Assembly (NCBI GenBank): GCA_963790205.1
Contig: CAWBNQ010000005.1
Span: 224,001-288,000, forward strand
Origin: Nitrospirota bacterium
GTDB taxonomy: Bacteria > Nitrospirota > UBA9217
Reading direction: 5' to 3'
DNA: 64,000 nucleotides
The notes below the pieces were generated by a model, which saw nothing but the letters and a program-made list of their open reading frames with translations, ran no database searches and was not told where the DNA came from. Position numbers and translations under genes: made by a program. This document shows, piece by piece, positions 59,896 through 64,000 of the stretch. Numbering within the stretch: the stretch's first letter is position 1; the number at the start of each line of letters is the position of its first letter.

Positions 59896-60010
59896 TAAAC
59901 TCTAAATTCAAAATCCAAAACTCTAAACAATGTCGAATGGGCAAAATTCGAAAATTAGGTCATTTGAATTTTAAATTTATTTAGGATTTCGCGCTTCAAG
60001 CTTAGAACTT
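59896..60010. repeat. AT-rich imperfect palindromic element built of ~7-nt units
   Basis: aaactctaaattcaaaatccaaaactctaaac ... tttgaattttaaatttatttaggatttc...ttagaactt. Confidence 0.5.
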
Positions 60011-62381
60011 ATTCGGGGAGGGAGATGGGAAGAGCAAGTGTAAAGGTAGTGCCTTTTCCTTCTTCCGAACGCGCATCGATCGTGCCGTTGTGGTTCGTCA
60101 TGATTTTGAAGGCGATGGAAAGACCGAGGCCGGTGCCGCCCTTGTCCGATTTTGTCGTGAAGAACGGGTCGAAGATCCTGTTGAGATGCTCCGGGGCTAT
60201 GCCCGGACCCGAATCGACGATCTTGATCATAACGGAGCCTCCCTCCGCCTTCGTTTCGAGGGTAAGCGTGCCGCTGTTTTCCATAGCATCGAGGGCATTC
60301 GTCATGATGGCGAGGAAGACTTGCCGCAGTTCCCCCTCGCTCGCGTTAATCACCGGAAGATCAGCCTGATAGTTCCGTACGATCTCAACGTCCCGGAGCC
60401 GTCCCTGAAAGCTTATGATCTCCACAGCTTTGTCCAGCGCCTCGTTGATACGGACGTCCTTTTTTTCATACGTGGAAGTTCTCACAAACGAGAGCATCCC
60501 CGTGGTGATGCTCTTGCACCGAAGAATCTCCTCTTCGACGATTTGCAGGTATTCCTCGAAGAGCTTGGGGTCGTACCGGTTGTTCTTCACCTTCATGAGG
60601 AGCCCCTCGGCGCAGCCGGCAATGGAGGCAAGGGGGGTGTTGATTTCATGGGCCAGCCCGGAGGCCATCTGGCCGAGGGAGGCGAGCCGTTCGCTCATGA
60701 TGAGGCGCATCTCCCCCTCCTTCTCTTCGGTAATGTCCCTGGCGACGTGGATGGAACCTATAAACTCCTCTTCGGGGGAAAAATAGGGGAACGTGGATAC
60801 CCTGAAGAGCCTGCCGGTCTTGGGGTCGCGTACCTCCTCCGTGACGCTTCGCTTCTCTTGCATCGATATCCGATGGGGGCAGTTCACGACCGGCGAGCAG
60901 CTCCCGTGGAAGATGTCATGGCATTTTTTGTTTATAATTTCGTGGATCGGAAAACCGAAATACTCGGCCACGGCTTTGTTCGCCTTGCGAATGTTATAGT
61001 CCTTGTCGTGGATGGTAATAAGGTCCGTTATGCCGTCAAAGGTCATCTGCCACTCTTTTTGAGACCGTGAAATCACTTTGAACTGCTCGACGATTTGCCT
61101 GCTCGTTTTTTCCACATTCTCGATCAAGGTCCTGTTCTCGATCGCGGAGGCCACCTGGTTGGCGAAGACCGCGAATATCCTGATCCGTTTGCGGGTAAAA
61201 TGCCCAGGCGCTTCGCTGTACAAGTTCAGGACCCCGAGCACGTCCCCGTCGGAGGTAAGGAACGGAAGCGCCATGGACGATCGATAGCCCCTCTTCAGTG
61301 CCTCGTCTCTCCAGAGGATGTATGCGGGGTCGCTATCTGTCTCATTCACCACTTGCGGAGTTTTTGTTTTGACCGCCCTACCGGTAGGTCCCCTACTTGA
61401 AGGAGCGTCGTCCCATGTTATTTTGACACCGGAAAGATACCCCTCATCGAAGCCGCACTGGGCGACAGGATCTATATCGTGGCAGCCCTGCTTGAGGATC
61501 CCGCACCACGCCATCTTCAGACCTAATTCCTTCACCGCGAGAGAGCAGACCGCCTCGTAAATGTTCTCGGCCCGGGGTACGGCCGTCACGACATTGGAAG
61601 AAACCGCGAGAGAGAGCAGCTCCGCCGCATACTTCTCTTGTTCGCTTCTAGTAGCGATGATGGCCGTCGTCATATCGTTGAAGCTGGCGCTGAGGTCGGT
61701 GATCTCGTCGTGTCTTCGGACCGGGATGAGGACATCGACAGCTCCTTCCTCGAACCGGCGGATGCTCTCGCGCAGTGCGCCCAGTCTCATTATGACCATA
61801 TCGTCAAACAGAAAAAACATGAACGCGCCGATGAACACGATCGATCCTATGATGATCGTCGATTCCCTCGTCATGTGATGGAACGCCTGCTTTTTCAGAG
61901 CCCCGGGCGAAAAATCGATGATGATGAGCCCGTTCTGCGCGGATTTCGGATTGTGGCAGCGGTGGCACCCGGGCTGGTTTCTGACCGCCTGGATCCAGCG
62001 GAACGGATCGTCGCCTTCCGACAGGCCGGCTCTTTTAGCATCCGGAGGCTCCCGGTGCCGGAGCGGCAGCTTCATGCCTATTTCTCCGGCCTTGCTCCCG
62101 GCCTTGACGACGCCTTCGTTGTTCACCAGCATGATCCGCTCGATGGATTCGAGACCGCCGAGATTGCTCAGGGTATTGCTGAGGACCAGGGAATCGCGAG
62201 TGAGCATGGAGTTGGTGAGGCTTGCCTCGATAACGGACCCGACCGTGCTGGCGAACATTGTAAGGTTCTCTTCATTCCCGGCGACCATCTCTCGGAAGTG
62301 GACATACCCACCTATCACTGACGCAGCGAGCATCGCGCCCAGTAGGCTGATGCCTAGTTTCCGCCTGATCGTCATTTTCAT
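60009..62381 (-). CDS. sensor histidine kinase (heme-c periplasmic sensor, HAMP, GAF, PAS)
   Basis: CHRCH between TMs; AHEINTPL, N, DSGPGI, GTGLGL boxes. Confidence 0.92.
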   Translation of the reverse strand: MKMTIRRKLGISLLGAMLAASVIGGYVHFREMVAGNEENLTMFASTVGSVIEASLTNSMLTRDSLVLSNTLSNLGGLESIERIMLVNNEGVVKAGSKAGEIGMKLPLRHREPPDAKRAGLSEGDDPFRWIQAVRNQPGCHRCHNPKSAQNGLIIIDFSPGALKKQAFHHMTRESTIIIGSIVFIGAFMFFLFDDMVIMRLGALRESIRRFEEGAVDVLIPVRRHDEITDLSASFNDMTTAIIATRSEQEKYAAELLSLAVSSNVVTAVPRAENIYEAVCSLAVKELGLKMAWCGILKQGCHDIDPVAQCGFDEGYLSGVKITWDDAPSSRGPTGRAVKTKTPQVVNETDSDPAYILWRDEALKRGYRSSMALPFLTSDGDVLGVLNLYSEAPGHFTRKRIRIFAVFANQVASAIENRTLIENVEKTSRQIVEQFKVISRSQKEWQMTFDGITDLITIHDKDYNIRKANKAVAEYFGFPIHEIINKKCHDIFHGSCSPVVNCPHRISMQEKRSVTEEVRDPKTGRLFRVSTFPYFSPEEEFIGSIHVARDITEEKEGEMRLIMSERLASLGQMASGLAHEINTPLASIAGCAEGLLMKVKNNRYDPKLFEEYLQIVEEEILRCKSITTGMLSFVRTSTYEKKDVRINEALDKAVEIISFQGRLRDVEIVRNYQADLPVINASEGELRQVFLAIMTNALDAMENSGTLTLETKAEGGSVMIKIVDSGPGIAPEHLNRIFDPFFTTKSDKGGTGLGLSIAFKIMTNHNGTIDARSEEGKGTTFTLALPISLPE

Positions 62382-63697
62382 TCCGCCACCCCATAACTCA
62401 GGAGTTTGTTATAAAGGGTCTTCGGGGCGATGCCTAAGAGTTCAGCTGCTTTTCCCCGCTGCCCATCCGCTTCGCGGAGGACCTTGAGTATGTGCTCGCG
62501 CTCTACGTCTTCGAGCCTGATACATGAGCCCTTGCGGCCCTCATCCATGTCGGAAGGCAGGTCAGCCGGAACGATGAGGTCGTGCTGAGACAGGAGGAGG
62601 GCGCGATGCACGACATTCTGAAGCTCCCGCACGTTTCCCGGCCAGTCGTATACGGAGAGAACGCGCAGGGCCTCTGTGGAGAATTTTTTGAACTTAAACA
62701 ACGAATTTGTCTTGACACAATGTTCAACGAGGAGCGGGATGTCCTCTTTTCGCTCCCGAAGCGGTGGGACGTGGATGGTCAGCGCGCTGATCCGGTAATA
62801 GAGGTCTTCCCGGAAGCCGCCGTTTTCCACTTCCCGCTTCAGGTCCTTGTTCGTAGCGGCGACGAACTTCACGTCGACGGCCACCTCTCTCGCGCCCCCG
62901 ACCCTGAAAAATCTTCCCGTTTCGATCACTCGAAGAAACTTCACCTGAAGTTGTTGAGGCATTTCTCCGATTTCATCGAGGAACAGGGTGCCGTTGTCGG
63001 CGATCTCCAGCAGACCCGGCTTCCTCGCGTGCGCGCCGGTGAAAGCCCCCATCTCGTGGCCGAACAGTTCGCTTTCCATCATTGTTTCCGGAATGGCGCC
63101 GCAGTTGAGGGGGATGAAGGGCCCCTCTGCATGGAGTGACGCTTCATGGACCGCCTTCGCCAGGAGTTCTTTGCCCGTGCCGCTCTCGCCGATAAGCAGC
63201 ACGGGGTAGCCCGACGCGGCAAGCCTCGTTACGGTCTTCAGGATATCATGCATGAGCGGGGAGTTCGTGATGATGGTCCCGGCCGCGGATTGGCGCTGAA
63301 GCTGCGTCTTGAGGAGGATGTTTTCGTGTATGAGTTTTTTCTTTTCGTATGCCTTCTCGATGATTACTTTCAATTCCCCGATTTTGCACGGCTTGGTGAG
63401 GTAATCGTACGCGCCGAGTTTCATGGCCTCGACCGCCGTGGAGACCGTCGCGTTGCCGGTAAGGATGATTATTTCCGTCTGTATTTGCGCTGATTTGATT
63501 TTTTTGAGCGTCTCGATGCCGGATATCTTCGGCATGTGCAGGTCCAGCAGGAGAATGTCGTATTCGTCCTGTTCGAGCAGCGCCGCTGCTTTCAGGCCGT
63601 TGTCCGTCTCGGTCACGTCAAAGCCGGAGTCGGTAAGCGCATTCGCGAGTATCTTCTTCAGATTTTTATCATCGTCGGCTATTAAAACTCTTATCAT
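62378..63697 (-). CDS. sigma54-dependent response regulator (NtrC family)
   Basis: REC domain, GESGTGKE, GAFTGA, FLDEIGE, WPGNVREL, Fis-type HTH. Confidence 0.95.
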   Translation of the reverse strand: MIRVLIADDDKNLKKILANALTDSGFDVTETDNGLKAAALLEQDEYDILLLDLHMPKISGIETLKKIKSAQIQTEIIILTGNATVSTAVEAMKLGAYDYLTKPCKIGELKVIIEKAYEKKKLIHENILLKTQLQRQSAAGTIITNSPLMHDILKTVTRLAASGYPVLLIGESGTGKELLAKAVHEASLHAEGPFIPLNCGAIPETMMESELFGHEMGAFTGAHARKPGLLEIADNGTLFLDEIGEMPQQLQVKFLRVIETGRFFRVGGAREVAVDVKFVAATNKDLKREVENGGFREDLYYRISALTIHVPPLRERKEDIPLLVEHCVKTNSLFKFKKFSTEALRVLSVYDWPGNVRELQNVVHRALLLSQHDLIVPADLPSDMDEGRKGSCIRLEDVEREHILKVLREADGQRGKAAELLGIAPKTLYNKLLSYGVAE

Positions 63698-63712
63698 CGA
63701 TCTCTGTTCGTT

Positions 63713-64000
63713 TCACCTTTTTAACTTCAGGAACATGCCCAGAGCCCGGTCCGAGTACTTGATGTGGTTGATCAGCCAAGCGACGCACAGCTCCTTCGTC
63801 TCTTCAGCCAGTTGGGCGTTAATTCCTTCCATCAAAAGCCGATCTTTCAATTTCAGAAAGTTTTTCACAAACTGCTCGTGCTGGGCCTTGTGGGCCGAAG
63901 CGCTCGAATAGGCGTATTTCGCCATGTAGCTTTCTTCATTTCCGAAGTGTAACACTACGTAGTCGGTCAAATACTGGACGATTTTAGCGACCTCCTCCCT
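63713..64000 (-). CDS. bacteriohemerythrin (5' part outside window)
   Basis: HFGNEE, HKAQH, WLINHI..SD. Confidence 0.88.
   Translation of the reverse strand, partial: REEVAKIVQYLTDYVVLHFGNEESYMAKYAYSSASAHKAQHEQFVKNFLKLKDRLLMEGINAQLAEETKELCVAWLINHIKYSDRALGMFLKLKR

Overview
Bacterial chromosomal window. The gene repertoire (c7 cytochrome, hemerythrins, two-CW proteins, sigma54 regulation) suggests an anaerobe such as Nitrospirota or a deltaproteobacterium; this is inference. There are three parts. (1) 1-6.8 kb is backbone: rtcB plus archease, a frameshifted AmmeMemoRadiSam radical SAM gene, a disulfide oxidoreductase, a triheme cytochrome c and a hydrolase. (2) About 6.8-37.8 kb is an accessory island between two apparently truncated genes. 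It starts with three pairs of 28-bp repeats. A tightly coupled 16-kb minus-strand defence-like operon follows: truncated MazG-like gene, DEAD/DUF1998 helicase-nuclease, SNF2 helicase, N6-adenine MTase with an extra C-terminal domain, SMC/ABC-like ATPase, ParB-like protein, PIN protein. Next are a 3.1-kb TGT...ACA element with two DDE transposases, and a tyrosine recombinase + IS91-type transposase module laid out like an integron cassette array (promoter, palindromic target, attC-like hairpins, cargo cassette). The island ends with a FitAB/VapBC pair and a plasmid-type leading-region remnant (radC-like, ardC, small ORFs) carrying two copies of a ~290-bp structured element. (3) 38-64 kb is a c-di-GMP / chemosensory / redox-sensing region: GGDEF-EAL, PilZ, CZB, GGDEF, HD-GYP, che cluster, hemerythrins, rubrerythrin, heme-c histidine kinase and a sigma54 regulator, with a duplicated sigma54 promoter-enhancer module. 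All family assignments come from motif recognition by eye, not from database searches.
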